Shown: in pieces, positions 18,875 to 28,235 of the stretch | Layout of the letters: each line of letters begins with the position of its first letter | Numbering within the stretch: the stretch's first letter is position 1 | Source of the DNA: an uncultured Candidatus Saccharibacteria bacterium | GTDB taxonomy: Bacteria; Patescibacteriota; Dojkabacteria; J137 | Direction: 5' to 3' | DNA: 64,000 nt | Assembly: GCA_964414295.1 (NCBI GenBank) | Contig: CAYPVU010000007.1 | Span: forward strand, 43,492 to 107,491 | Notes under the pieces: model-generated | What the model was told of the DNA's origin: nothing | Database searches by the model: none | What the model saw: the letters and a program-made list of their open reading frames with translations, nothing else | Translations under genes and position numbers: made by a program

Positions 18875-20452
18875 ATGTCCACTTCTGATTGGCCTTTATA
18901 CTACAAGAATAAAGTTCATGTTGCTAATACAAAAAGCAATGTTGGAATTCTTACCCTCTGGACTCCAATGCAGGCAATTCTACCTAATTTAAATCAGAAA
19001 ATGTTTAGTGTAGGCGGTCAATTATATTCAAAAAGAGGTTTAAATTTTGTAATAAGAAATATTCTAGCTAATCCTATTATAGATACTTTAATTATTTGCG
19101 GAAGCAATAGAAGTGAAAGTGCCGAAAGTGTAATGAACTTTTTAGATAAAGGAATTGATGGTGATTATAATGTAATTGGAGTAGAAAAATCTCCAATTGA
19201 TAAGGAAATACCTTTAGAAGTAATTAACGAAATAAGATCTAGAATTAAATACATTAACCTAGTAAATAATTCTTCGTTTAAAGCAGTGCAGGAAGAATTA
19301 AATAAATTAAATCCTAAAGAAGAAAATGAACCTTGGGCAGAAAGTAGAATCTTTCCTGATCCAGAACCAGTAACTGCAGATAAATTTCCATCAGAAAAAA
19401 CTATTTATACAATTAGAGGAGCTTATATAAAAGAGGTATGGCCACAGGTCTTAAAAAATATAATGAAGTTTGGAAGTAAAAAAGGAATGATTAAAGTAGG
19501 AGAAGTAAAAGAATTAGTTAATGTTGTAACAGTTATAGAAGAAGAAGATCCTAATAATCCTGATATTCCGGATTGGTTTAACTTTAATAAGGATGATTTA
19601 AAACTTTACTACAAAGGTTTTTTTGAAAAAGAAGCTATTGATGAAGATTACGGTTACGGTGCAAGAATGTTTTCTCATCCTTTAGGAGTTCCTAACCCAA
19701 AATATAAATCACCTAACAATACAAAAAAAGCAGAAAAGTTTAATCAAGAAATTGCTGTACAAAATTCCTTTATAACTTTAAATCAAATAGAAGAAGTTTA
19801 TTTAAAGTTAAAGAATTATAAATACGATAGAGGTGCTGTAGTTTCAATCTGGAATCCATGGGTAGATAACATTGCAGAAGGTTGGATGAGTGATAAAGAA
19901 AAAAGCAAATCGGGTAATGTTCCTTGTATGACTCAGCTGCAGTTTGCATATAGAGAACATAAATTAATGCTTACTGCATACTTTAGAAGTAATGATATGT
20001 ACGATGCTTGGCCAAGGAATGCATTTGCATTAAGAAAACTTCAATATGATTTAGCAAAAAAGCTAGATATGAAAGTCGGTCATCTTACAATAATTTCTTC
20101 TTTAGCCCAAATTTATGATGGCAATTGGGAATCCGCTACTAAATTATTAAGTAAATATAAGAATATTACTTTTTGCAGACCTGATCCAAGAGGTACTGTA
20201 ATAATAGAACTTGATGGGGAGGATTTAGTTGTAAAGCATATGGATACAAGTGGAAATAATACTTTGCAAGAGTTTAGGACAAGTGGTAAGCAGCCCAAAG
20301 CAGCACAAATAATGAGCGATATTTTGCTAGAGAATTTAATTTTTGCAGAAATGCCTCATGCAATGGATATTGCAAGAGAACTACAAAAAGCAGAACTTGC
20401 AATTAAACATGGCTTTACTTTTGTTCAAGATAAGGAGCTAGTAATTAAGTAA
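18875..20452 (+). CDS. Thymidylate synthase-like protein with N-terminal MtrA-like and C-terminal DUF4346-like domains
   Basis: VGILTLWT...RNILANP (MtrA-like); NVPC, FRSNDM, PRNA (ThyA); DPRG...HAMDIARELQKAE...FVQD. Start moved to the ATG at 18875. Confidence 0.8.
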   Translation: MSTSDWPLYYKNKVHVANTKSNVGILTLWTPMQAILPNLNQKMFSVGGQLYSKRGLNFVIRNILANPIIDTLIICGSNRSESAESVMNFLDKGIDGDYNVIGVEKSPIDKEIPLEVINEIRSRIKYINLVNNSSFKAVQEELNKLNPKEENEPWAESRIFPDPEPVTADKFPSEKTIYTIRGAYIKEVWPQVLKNIMKFGSKKGMIKVGEVKELVNVVTVIEEEDPNNPDIPDWFNFNKDDLKLYYKGFFEKEAIDEDYGYGARMFSHPLGVPNPKYKSPNNTKKAEKFNQEIAVQNSFITLNQIEEVYLKLKNYKYDRGAVVSIWNPWVDNIAEGWMSDKEKSKSGNVPCMTQLQFAYREHKLMLTAYFRSNDMYDAWPRNAFALRKLQYDLAKKLDMKVGHLTIISSLAQIYDGNWESATKLLSKYKNITFCRPDPRGTVIIELDGEDLVVKHMDTSGNNTLQEFRTSGKQPKAAQIMSDILLENLIFAEMPHAMDIARELQKAELAIKHGFTFVQDKELVIK

Positions 20453-20458
20453 TTCCTA

Positions 20459-20821
20459 ATGAAAGAAAATCTAACTTCATTATCAAATATTGATAATATA
20501 GAACTTCGCGAGTTTATTCCTAAACTGCTTATTGCTTTTAATGACTCAAAAGGTAAAAATAATATTCTTGCAGATATATTAATTGAACGGGGATTAGTAG
20601 GATATTTCTTAAGATATTGCAATGATTGTCACTTAATCAATTATTTATGTCAGGCTTTATACTCAAGGCATAGATGTGATGACTTCTTTATTGCTAGAGT
20701 TGGAGATGATTCCTCTATAGATGATCCGGAAATATTAAAGATGGTAAAAGAAGCCCTGAGTCAAACTCAGGGCAGATTAATTGGTAGATATTTTAGTATA
20801 TCTATTGATGACGAATTTTAA
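20459..20821 (+). CDS. Hypothetical protein
   Basis: 120-aa ORF 6 nt after the thymidylate synthase gene. Confidence 0.5.
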   Translation: MKENLTSLSNIDNIELREFIPKLLIAFNDSKGKNNILADILIERGLVGYFLRYCNDCHLINYLCQALYSRHRCDDFFIARVGDDSSIDDPEILKMVKEALSQTQGRLIGRYFSISIDDEF

Positions 20822-21390
20822 ACTTGTTCTGTAATTACAAGTTCTAACCCCATTTTATCTAACTCTTTTGACATTTTTTCCATTAATCTTGGATTTCTAA
20901 ACTCATCGTTTAACTGTATATTCCCTATTCCTAACTCGCCAGCAGCAAGTAAAGTCTTTGCAATTAAAATACTGTAAAGTCCTTCCATAAAGCTTGCAAA
21001 AATATCAGAATTTCTATTTTTATTTAATTCAGCTCTTATACTCTCCTCTATTTTTAAATCAGAATATTCATCTGGATTTAAAGCTTTTAATGATTCTAGA
21101 TATGGTTTTAAAGTTTCTAAGAGTCTAAACTCTATTGTTTCTGTATCAATATTAGGTAAGTCTGTTGCTAATGTTTCATCAGCTTCTCTAGCGATATTTA
21201 ATAGGTCTTCAAAATTCTCCTGACTATGTTCTGCTTGAGTATTCACTAGTTCTAAATCCTTAGCGGCGTGCATAATTGAATCTAGCATATTCTCACTCTC
21301 AAGAGTCATTTGTCGGCTTTCCCCTTCTGCAGGGTAGTAAACAATTGTAGGTATATTATTTTTTATTTTTAATTCGACGTATGGATTCAT
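20818..21390 (-). CDS. Hypothetical protein with a TsaD/Kae1-like C-terminal segment
   Basis: DIFASFMEGLYSILIAKTLLAA...NPRL resembles the TsaD ASFQ..V...L..K...A...N..L region. Confidence 0.45.
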   Translation of the reverse strand: MNPYVELKIKNNIPTIVYYPAEGESRQMTLESENMLDSIMHAAKDLELVNTQAEHSQENFEDLLNIAREADETLATDLPNIDTETIEFRLLETLKPYLESLKALNPDEYSDLKIEESIRAELNKNRNSDIFASFMEGLYSILIAKTLLAAGELGIGNIQLNDEFRNPRLMEKMSKELDKMGLELVITEQV

Positions 21391-21565
21391 AGTAATTGAT
21401 TAATAATTCCAACCTTAATTATACCAGATTTGTCTAGCAGGCCATTAGATTGGATTTTGTAATGACTATCAGAACCTGTTTATAGTATAATCTTGCGAAC
21501 AACCGTGTTAGATAAGAATTGTTCGCAATACAGGATTTTATCTGTAAGAGATTCCTTTTATAATT

Positions 21566-23296
21566 TTATGCTAAAGCATAAATTGATATAATCTTGTACA
21601 AGTTAATGGAGAGGTACCCAAGTGGCTCAAGGGGAGGGTTTGCTAAACCCTTAGGTCGGAGTAATCCGGCGCGCAGGTTCGAATCCTGTTCTCTCCGAAT
21701 TTCAGTACGAACAGCTTCTACAAGCTCGGATTGCATTGTTTTCTCAATGGTTATCAGCGGTTCGAAAATATTTTCTGCTACATTTGCATTTTCAAGCACT
21801 TTCGAACTTTCGTTCGTAATATCTACCACTTTCTTTAGAACCTTAAAAGGTTCCGTATATTTGTACTGCATTTTGCCGTTGTAGAGGGTTATATCTCCAA
21901 AGATGTATTTCATTAAGCCGCTTATATCCTCTGGGTCGAGAATATCGTAAATCTCGTCAGCATATTGGGCAACGAAATAAACTAACGTTCCAACCTGATA
22001 ATACTTATTGCTGTCTTTGTTTAATTTCTGAATCTGTTCTTCAATCTTTTCTTTTTCATCCTCTAATTGCTTATTCTTGACTTTGTAAATATCAAGGCTT
22101 ATAAGTTCATCCAGTTTGTCATCATAGAGTCGTGATTGCTTTTCGATTATTTGCTGTAACTCATCACTTAGGGAATCAACGGATATTTTTAAATACTGTT
22201 CTTGCTCTTTATTATCTTCCTTCAATGCTTTTTTAATCCATTCCTTTACTCTTGGCGATTGTACTTTCAAAGCTTTGAGAGCATTTGTTATAACTTCGTC
22301 ACAATCATCTTCACGACCACATTTATTTTGACTACATTCACGATGATGATTACATCTACCATAAATATGACCTTTCTTTTCAAACCAAGAGATTGAACCT
22401 TGGCATTCTTCACATCTGACTAAACCTTTAAGCATATAGAAGTGTTTACTATATTTTGCATCGGGTTTTCTGGATAATGCTTGTTGAACTCTAGTAAATA
22501 ATTCTTTACTAATAATTGGTTCATGTTTACCGTTCGTATAAACTTTCCCGTTCCATTGGAAAGCACCATAGTAAAAAGGATTGCGTAGAATTTCGTGCAT
22601 ACGGCTCTTCACTATCTTTCGACCTTGTTTATTTCGCATACCATCTGCATTCATCCTTTCGGTTAGTGTTTCAAGTGAGTAATTACCAGTTACAAATAAC
22701 TCAAAAGACTTTTTAATAAATTTTGCAGCATCTCCATCAACAACATGAATTTTACGTTTAGTACCCATTCCTTCTACAGATTTGTATCCAAGTGGAGCCG
22801 AGCCAGGATACCAACCTTGTTCAATCTTTTCGGTTTTACCTTTTCTAACTTCTTCTGATAGATTGTCAGCATAGTTTTTAGCCATTGCGACACGTATATC
22901 CCAATTTAATTTATCCTGAGACTTCGAATGTTTATGAAGTTCAAGAGAATCTTTTACGCAATGTAATTCTCGTCCTTCATCTGCTTCTAACCAGTTATAA
23001 ATATCGACACTAGAGTGTATTGAACGAGTTACTCTATCTACCTTTTCGAATACTAAAACGTCAATAGCTTCTTCTACTGCCAATTTAAGTATCTTATTAA
23101 ACTCTTTTCGTTCGTCTTTCTTGCTAGCTGATTCTGAGATAGTAAACACATGTTTTATATCCAGATTCTTTCTTTGAGCGTGTTCTGTAAGTAGTTTTAC
23201 TTGTGAAGGCAATGAGTATCCTTCAACCTCTTGGTCTTTTGAACTAACTCTAGCTACTACTATGCAACTTTTATTTGTGTTACTTTTTGTATTCAT
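21566..23296 (-). CDS. Large serine recombinase (integrase)
   Basis: ARVSSKDQ (catalytic Ser), DRVTR, APLGY, NPFYYG, HEPII, Zn-ribbon CEEC, coiled coil. The last ~45 codons are antisense to tRNA-Ser. Confidence 0.95.
   Translation of the reverse strand: MNTKSNTNKSCIVVARVSSKDQEVEGYSLPSQVKLLTEHAQRKNLDIKHVFTISESASKKDERKEFNKILKLAVEEAIDVLVFEKVDRVTRSIHSSVDIYNWLEADEGRELHCVKDSLELHKHSKSQDKLNWDIRVAMAKNYADNLSEEVRKGKTEKIEQGWYPGSAPLGYKSVEGMGTKRKIHVVDGDAAKFIKKSFELFVTGNYSLETLTERMNADGMRNKQGRKIVKSRMHEILRNPFYYGAFQWNGKVYTNGKHEPIISKELFTRVQQALSRKPDAKYSKHFYMLKGLVRCEECQGSISWFEKKGHIYGRCNHHRECSQNKCGREDDCDEVITNALKALKVQSPRVKEWIKKALKEDNKEQEQYLKISVDSLSDELQQIIEKQSRLYDDKLDELISLDIYKVKNKQLEDEKEKIEEQIQKLNKDSNKYYQVGTLVYFVAQYADEIYDILDPEDISGLMKYIFGDITLYNGKMQYKYTEPFKVLKKVVDITNESSKVLENANVAENIFEPLITIEKTMQSELVEAVRTEIRREQDSNLRAGLLRPKGLANPPLEPLGYLSINLYKIISIYALA
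21608..21697 (+). tRNA. tRNA-Ser(GCT)
   Basis: Acceptor GGAGAGG/TCTCTCC, G73, anticodon arm AGGGT-TTGCTAA-ACCCT, long variable arm, GGTTCGAATCC; no encoded CCA. Confidence 0.95.
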
Positions 23297-23317
23297 TTTT
23301 ATGAATTAACAATTAAA

Positions 23318-23647
23318 TTATAATATTTTTTGTTCTAACATTCCTTTGAATTTTTGGCTTTTATAGACAAGGTTATTGCAAGTTCGACATGCCACAACGC
23401 CAGTCAAAGGATGTTTATATAGTTTTCCAATTCGTTTATTGCAGCGAGGGCAAGTAAACCAGAATCGTAATCCATATCTAGTCTTTGAGGTTGTTAGCTT
23501 TACTTCTAATCCTTCGACATTGATTTGCGACTTTATAAATGATTCCTTTGCCTGTAAATAGAATTGCTTAACTAAATCATTGATGTTGATTTGCTCAGCC
23601 GTTTCTACTAAAAAACTTCCTGAATCAATTGGCTTTATTGTTTTCAT
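23318..23647 (-). CDS. Small Zn-ribbon protein of an integrative element
   Basis: RFWFTCPRC...LY...ACRTC..LVYKSQ. Confidence 0.7.
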   Translation of the reverse strand: MKTIKPIDSGSFLVETAEQININDLVKQFYLQAKESFIKSQINVEGLEVKLTTSKTRYGLRFWFTCPRCNKRIGKLYKHPLTGVVACRTCNNLVYKSQKFKGMLEQKIL

Positions 23648-24239
23648 CTTGTGGTGTTGTTATTGAATTAAACTGCTGATTTTGCCCAACTATTGCTGTC
23701 TCAGCTTTTAGAGTGACCTTTAGTGACGGTGATTTAAGTTGCTGTAACGTTGTTAAAGCTGTTAGATATTGTCTGTTAGCTTTATCTATCTCTTTACTCA
23801 AGAAATTGTAGTAGTTGGTGTGGTCTGAACTTATTTTGACCGAATCGCCTGACATACAGTGCATTAACCTTCGTGAAAGTCCTAGAGACCTACAAAAAGC
23901 ATTTACAATAATTTCTACCAGTGACTTTTCTTGAATAGTTTTGCAGTTATGTTCTTTAATTAAGTCTTGCGTCATTTTGATAGCCATAGGAGCCATGTGG
24001 TCACCAACTGATTCTGCAAGGTTAAAATGCTTATCGAACTCGTAAACATGCCCAAAGATGTTTAGTACATCTTGTTCAACTCTGCTTAGCTTATCGGCAT
24101 CTTGCTCTTTGTTTTTTGCATAATCTAGTATTCGTAAGACTTTTCTAGTTATATATTCTGGTTCAAGATTATGATTACCTATACTTTCCAGTGCTGTTTT
24201 GATTCTATCGTCTAATGAAGTACTAATTTGTTTATCCAT
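23625..24239 (-). CDS. Hypothetical helical protein of an integrative element
   Basis: KANRQYLTALTTLQQLK...IVGQNQQ tail; coupled to its neighbours. Confidence 0.6.
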   Translation of the reverse strand: MDKQISTSLDDRIKTALESIGNHNLEPEYITRKVLRILDYAKNKEQDADKLSRVEQDVLNIFGHVYEFDKHFNLAESVGDHMAPMAIKMTQDLIKEHNCKTIQEKSLVEIIVNAFCRSLGLSRRLMHCMSGDSVKISSDHTNYYNFLSKEIDKANRQYLTALTTLQQLKSPSLKVTLKAETAIVGQNQQFNSITTPQDENNKAN

Positions 24240-24248
24240 AAATGATTA

Positions 24249-25526
24249 TTAAGAAATAAATTTATCTAATTGCGAATCTAAATTTTTTACCCTCCCAGAC
24301 TGTTCACTATTGTTTCGTTCTAATCTTGTAGGGGTATAGCGTAAAATTCGCTTATCATTTCTATCTTGCTCAAGTTCCAAAAGCCCTGCTGTTTCTAGCA
24401 TTGGCAATATTTGCAGCCTTAGTTTGTTTTCCTCGAGTAGTTGACTTGTTTCCTCGTAATATCTCCTTCTAATGTCTTCTCGCTTAATACCGAATCGTGA
24501 AGTCTCTTTATGGCTTACATTCATTCGTATATATTCAGGAACTACAATATTCCAGTACAGGTTATAAATGTAGGGTGGAAGGTTGTATTCTTGTGGTTCG
24601 GAAAGTGAATCCCAGAGTCTATAGGCTTCACGCACATCTTCTTCTGTAGCCTCGATAGTGTTGCCGTATCTGTTTCTAAAAGGGAAATTAAGCAGACTGA
24701 TTACTTTGATTAGCGAAACAACTCTGCCAATGTCCCTCGTATGCCTTGGCTTAGGTGTTTTGCGTGTCTGCCAGAACAGTTCTACTATCAATTTCTTATG
24801 CTCGACTATATTTACATCGCTAACTCCCGATTCTTTTATGGCAATAATTCGCTCCATTAACTCACGACGCTTTGGATTTGAATTAAGTTGCTCAATGTAA
24901 TTATTAAAATCTGATTCTTTCTCGACTTTGGTGTATACAGACTCTCTAATCTTCTCACTATCAATTTCAGGCGATAAAAGCAGAAACCTTGTACCTTCCT
25001 GTTCGTCAATCTTCATGCCAGCACTACAGAAGATAACTGCTGGGTAGCCAATTAACTCAATTTCTTTCGTCTTCAACCCTGCTTTTTGTTTCTTGTCGGC
25101 AATTTGCACTCGTAGAACCTTCTCATCGTGGGAAAGTAGCGGTCTAAGTCTTTGCAGTAGTTCAGTGTGTGGCTGGTCTTGAAATATGATTATCTTATTG
25201 GATAAGTCGATAACAATGACATGCCTTGATTCGTCCCATTTACCAGTCCCATGAAAGAATGCCATGGGTGAACTGTAGGCAAGCGTCAGCACATCTTCTT
25301 TTGGAAAAAGTGTCGAAACTTCCATCGGAATAAACGACTTACCTGTAGACGAAGGTGCATTGAAGCTGATATTAAACTGAGAGTTTTCAGTGTAAATAGA
25401 GAGCATGCATAAGAACGCTACTAGCTTGTTCATGTTGTCCTTTTTGATTGTTAATTCGAGAATCTCGACTATCTCATTAAGGGTTATTGGTTCTAAAGAA
25501 GGTTTTTCGGTTGTTTGCATTTTCAT
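24249..25526 (-). CDS. P-loop AAA+ (MCM-like) ATPase, putative replication helicase
   Basis: Walker A APSSTGKS, IIIFQD, TRFLL arginine finger, C-terminal winged-helix-like region. Confidence 0.65.
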   Translation of the reverse strand: MKMQTTEKPSLEPITLNEIVEILELTIKKDNMNKLVAFLCMLSIYTENSQFNISFNAPSSTGKSFIPMEVSTLFPKEDVLTLAYSSPMAFFHGTGKWDESRHVIVIDLSNKIIIFQDQPHTELLQRLRPLLSHDEKVLRVQIADKKQKAGLKTKEIELIGYPAVIFCSAGMKIDEQEGTRFLLLSPEIDSEKIRESVYTKVEKESDFNNYIEQLNSNPKRRELMERIIAIKESGVSDVNIVEHKKLIVELFWQTRKTPKPRHTRDIGRVVSLIKVISLLNFPFRNRYGNTIEATEEDVREAYRLWDSLSEPQEYNLPPYIYNLYWNIVVPEYIRMNVSHKETSRFGIKREDIRRRYYEETSQLLEENKLRLQILPMLETAGLLELEQDRNDKRILRYTPTRLERNNSEQSGRVKNLDSQLDKFIS

Positions 25527-25546
25527 ACGTAATAAAAACTAAGTTG

Positions 25547-25954
25547 TTATTTGATTCCTAGTGCTTCTTTTGAAGCAAATAATGGGAAGTCGCTTCTAAG
25601 GTAAAGTTTCGTACAATATTTCGAATCTCCTAAAATTGGGCATATGAATTGGAATTTGCCTTTCTCATCTTGTGTAATGGAAACCTCTTGCGAAACATGA
25701 ATGTTCTCGTCCCTTTCGGCAGACTCTAAGAAGTACCCAAAATGAAACTCTAAACTACCAAACCAGCCATTACTTCTCATTATGTGCAGGTCAAATATTT
25801 CATCGTTGCTAAGTTTGAGTTTAGGATGAAAGCAAAACTTCTCAGTTATTTCAAAGTCTTCATTGACAGCTAAACCCGCTTTAACTAAATCTTCTACGTC
25901 AACACTTAAAACAACCTCTGATTCCTTAATTGGTTGTAAACTTGGAACTTTCAT
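25547..25954 (-). CDS. Hypothetical protein
   Basis: 135-aa ORF in the co-directional element operon. Confidence 0.55.
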   Translation of the reverse strand: MKVPSLQPIKESEVVLSVDVEDLVKAGLAVNEDFEITEKFCFHPKLKLSNDEIFDLHIMRSNGWFGSLEFHFGYFLESAERDENIHVSQEVSITQDEKGKFQFICPILGDSKYCTKLYLRSDFPLFASKEALGIK

Positions 25955-25983
25955 AAATAAATTTGTTAATAAATAAAATACTG

Positions 25984-26193
25984 TTAATCGTTTGTTTCGG
26001 ATTGCTCTTGCTTAGTATTTCGTTCAACAATCGCACTAAGTTTCCCTCGCTTTTTAGAAACCGCTTGTGTGAGTAGCGAGTACATGCCTTTGAGGCTTTC
26101 TCCAAACAGTTTTAGGTCACTGTCAGTTAGTTGAATCTGAAAGTCTTCCCAAAGAATTTGTTTTAGCTCGGCTAATAACTCATCACTTATCAT
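25984..26193 (-). CDS. Small hypothetical protein
   Basis: 69 aa, overlaps the upstream gene by 11 nt. Confidence 0.55.
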   Translation of the reverse strand: MISDELLAELKQILWEDFQIQLTDSDLKLFGESLKGMYSLLTQAVSKKRGKLSAIVERNTKQEQSETND

Positions 26194-26425
26194 AGATTCG
26201 TCCTTTTATAATTCTTAATTGCTGATAAAATCGCTTAGGCTCAACTCTTAATTCGTCTTGCCAGAATTGTTGAACTAGTTGTTGTAATTCAGAGGAGTTA
26301 TCAAATGCAAATTCAACTCTACTATCATTAGACCTGTCTACGAATTTGATGGGGAAATACAAGCTGATAGTAATAGCCAAGGCTAAATCAGAAGTAGTGA
26401 ATAGGTTGGTTGGGTTCATTGTCAT
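26183..26425 (-). CDS. DUF5659-like small protein
   Basis: FTTSDLALA...RVEFAF...FWQDELRVEPKRFYQQLRIIKGRIY pattern. Confidence 0.65.
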   Translation of the reverse strand: MTMNPTNLFTTSDLALAITISLYFPIKFVDRSNDSRVEFAFDNSSELQQLVQQFWQDELRVEPKRFYQQLRIIKGRIYDK

Positions 26426-26516
26426 AAAGTTAAAAACTTATATGACTTGATTTTACGAAGCAAGTCTTTCGCAAACCATTAGCGAAACGATGGGAAAGAT
26501 TGGGGGATTGATGGGA

Positions 26517-27119
26517 TTATGAAGTCTGAAACGATGTCACTTTGAAACCTTGACTACGAATAGAGACAATCATATTTCTTATTTGTTCTGCTATTTTCTT
26601 TGGAACACCACACCCAACTAAATCATTTACAAGTTCTGCTTTATATTGTTGTGTTGCTAAAGCGTCATCCAGTGGGGATAAATCTTTGTCTATTGACTCG
26701 ATAATATCTGAGTATTTAACCAGATTCTCTTTCTTCTTTAATAGAATTATTAGCATAGCAATCGAGCGATTCTTTATCTTGACGTTAGGGTAAACCACAC
26801 CTTCCCAGAACAAATTGCATTTATCTATATCGATTGTTAGCTTGCCACACTCAAGAATATTCGGAGGACTTTGTAATTCTCCCTCTACAACAAGTTTGGC
26901 TTTATCATCTTGTAATTTCCCGATAATGAATCTGTGGAATAATCCAAACTGTCTGTCTATCTCTTTTCTTGCTGGTATTTGCTCTCGTTTATCTAATACA
27001 TCTCCACTCAGAATGGTATTTACTTCGTTGCTGAGTTTGGAATTATCTTCGATAACTAGATTATCGGCTCCAATTTTCTGTAATCTTTCCTGATTATCTA
27101 TATCGTTATCAACAACCAT
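26517..27119 (-). CDS. OmpR-type winged-helix protein, probably N-terminally truncated
   Basis: LECGKLTID...LIILLKKKENLVKYSDI...IVSIRSQGFK. Confidence 0.55.
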   Translation of the reverse strand: MVVDNDIDNQERLQKIGADNLVIEDNSKLSNEVNTILSGDVLDKREQIPARKEIDRQFGLFHRFIIGKLQDDKAKLVVEGELQSPPNILECGKLTIDIDKCNLFWEGVVYPNVKIKNRSIAMLIILLKKKENLVKYSDIIESIDKDLSPLDDALATQQYKAELVNDLVGCGVPKKIAEQIRNMIVSIRSQGFKVTSFQTS

Positions 27120-27330
27120 AGTGATAAGGAAATGTTATAGAAAACTTCGAACCGCTTTTAATTAGAATATTAAACGAAACTTATTCTGATTACGAGCAGG
27201 CCGGATTACCTAAGAATGGTTACACTATTCAGATGGAGCATGACATTAAAAGACTTTATCAAATTAAAATAAAAGACTTTATAAACAGTAACAAATAAGT
27301 TACAATAATCATAACTTTAAACATTGAATT

Positions 27331-27561
27331 ATGAACGAAGAGCAAAAAATCGAAGCATTCTTAACTCACTTAGAAGATTTACTCGCAGAAAAAGGATGGA
27401 GTATCCCTACATTCGCTAAAAAAATGAAAGTTTCGAAAGTTACTGTTTATCGTTGGTTAGATGGTAAAGCAGTAATGAGTTTAGCACACTACTATAGAGC
27501 CTTAGAGGTTCTAGGATTGGAAGAAAGCTTAACTGTTAAAGAAAATAACGATGGAATTTAA
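27331..27561 (+). CDS. XRE-family HTH regulator
   Basis: KGWSIPTFAKKMKVSKVTVYRWLDG. Confidence 0.85.
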   Translation: MNEEQKIEAFLTHLEDLLAEKGWSIPTFAKKMKVSKVTVYRWLDGKAVMSLAHYYRALEVLGLEESLTVKENNDGI

Positions 27562-27916
27562 ACCTTCTAAAACCGTATTTATTGTTCAAATGATATTCGG
27601 TGTTTTAATGCTATGCCCTACTTTTGGATTATGGATTTTTGTGATGATTCCACAAATACTAAGCTATTTAAACCAATCATTACACGTTAATGAGAGTGGT
27701 TTAATTATGAGAACTGGAATATTGAATGTTACTACTCAGGATATTAAATACTCAAAGATAAATTCAATAACAGTAAGAAAAAGCCTTTTAGGTAGGTTCT
27801 TAAATTACGGAACTTTGGTAATATTTACAGGAAACGATCTAGGCGGAATTGCTTTTAAGAATCTTGATGAACCTTACAAGGTGAAATCTATACTAGACAA
27901 CAAAATCGCAGGGTAG
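27551..27916 (+). CDS. Membrane protein with a bacterial PH domain
   Basis: TM hairpin, then RTGIL...KINSI...LGRFLNYGTLVI. Confidence 0.8.
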   Translation: MEFKPSKTVFIVQMIFGVLMLCPTFGLWIFVMIPQILSYLNQSLHVNESGLIMRTGILNVTTQDIKYSKINSITVRKSLLGRFLNYGTLVIFTGNDLGGIAFKNLDEPYKVKSILDNKIAG

Positions 27917-27977
27917 GAAAATGGTATTCCGCCGGCTTCATAACCCGGAGTAGATAGTTCGAATCTATCCCCTGCAA
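27907..27977 (+). tRNA. tRNA-Met(CAT), initiator-like, possibly degenerate
   Basis: CGCAGGG/CCCTGCA acceptor with C1-A72 mismatch, GGAA/TTCC D-stem, loop TTCATAA, GATAG-TTCGAAT-CTATC; C-C mismatch at 31:39. Confidence 0.75.
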
Positions 27978-27998
27978 GATATTTTTTATTAAGAATAT

Positions 27999-28235
27999 AT
28001 GTTCAACTTCTTTAAACCGAGATACATCGCATTTTTTAGTAAAGGTACTAATGATGAAGGCCAAAAAGTAGAAGTTGAAGTAACTCTTCCGGTTAATTCT
28101 TTCAGATTAGCAGAAGTTTTCACTGCAGATAAGTATTTTGTTGAATTATTAGCGCAACCGATAGGATGGGAAATTTCAAAAGAAACTTATATGAAGCTTC
28201 GAAAGTTCTTACATATTAAAAGTACAAGGCTATGA
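27999..28235 (+). CDS. Hypothetical protein
   Basis: 78 aa, ATGA-coupled to the next gene. Confidence 0.55.
   Translation: MFNFFKPRYIAFFSKGTNDEGQKVEVEVTLPVNSFRLAEVFTADKYFVELLAQPIGWEISKETYMKLRKFLHIKSTRL

Noticed and set aside
21594-21884. 96-aa + strand ORF
   Set aside because: It is a translation of tRNA-Ser and the antisense of the integrase.
26466-26516. GATGGG/GATTGG short repeats as iterons
   Set aside because: Only three imperfect 6-mers; too weak to support.
27143-27156. 11-bp inverted match (AGCGGTTCGAA) to ~21756 as an att or inversion site
   Set aside because: Short and explained by both stretches encoding FEPL.
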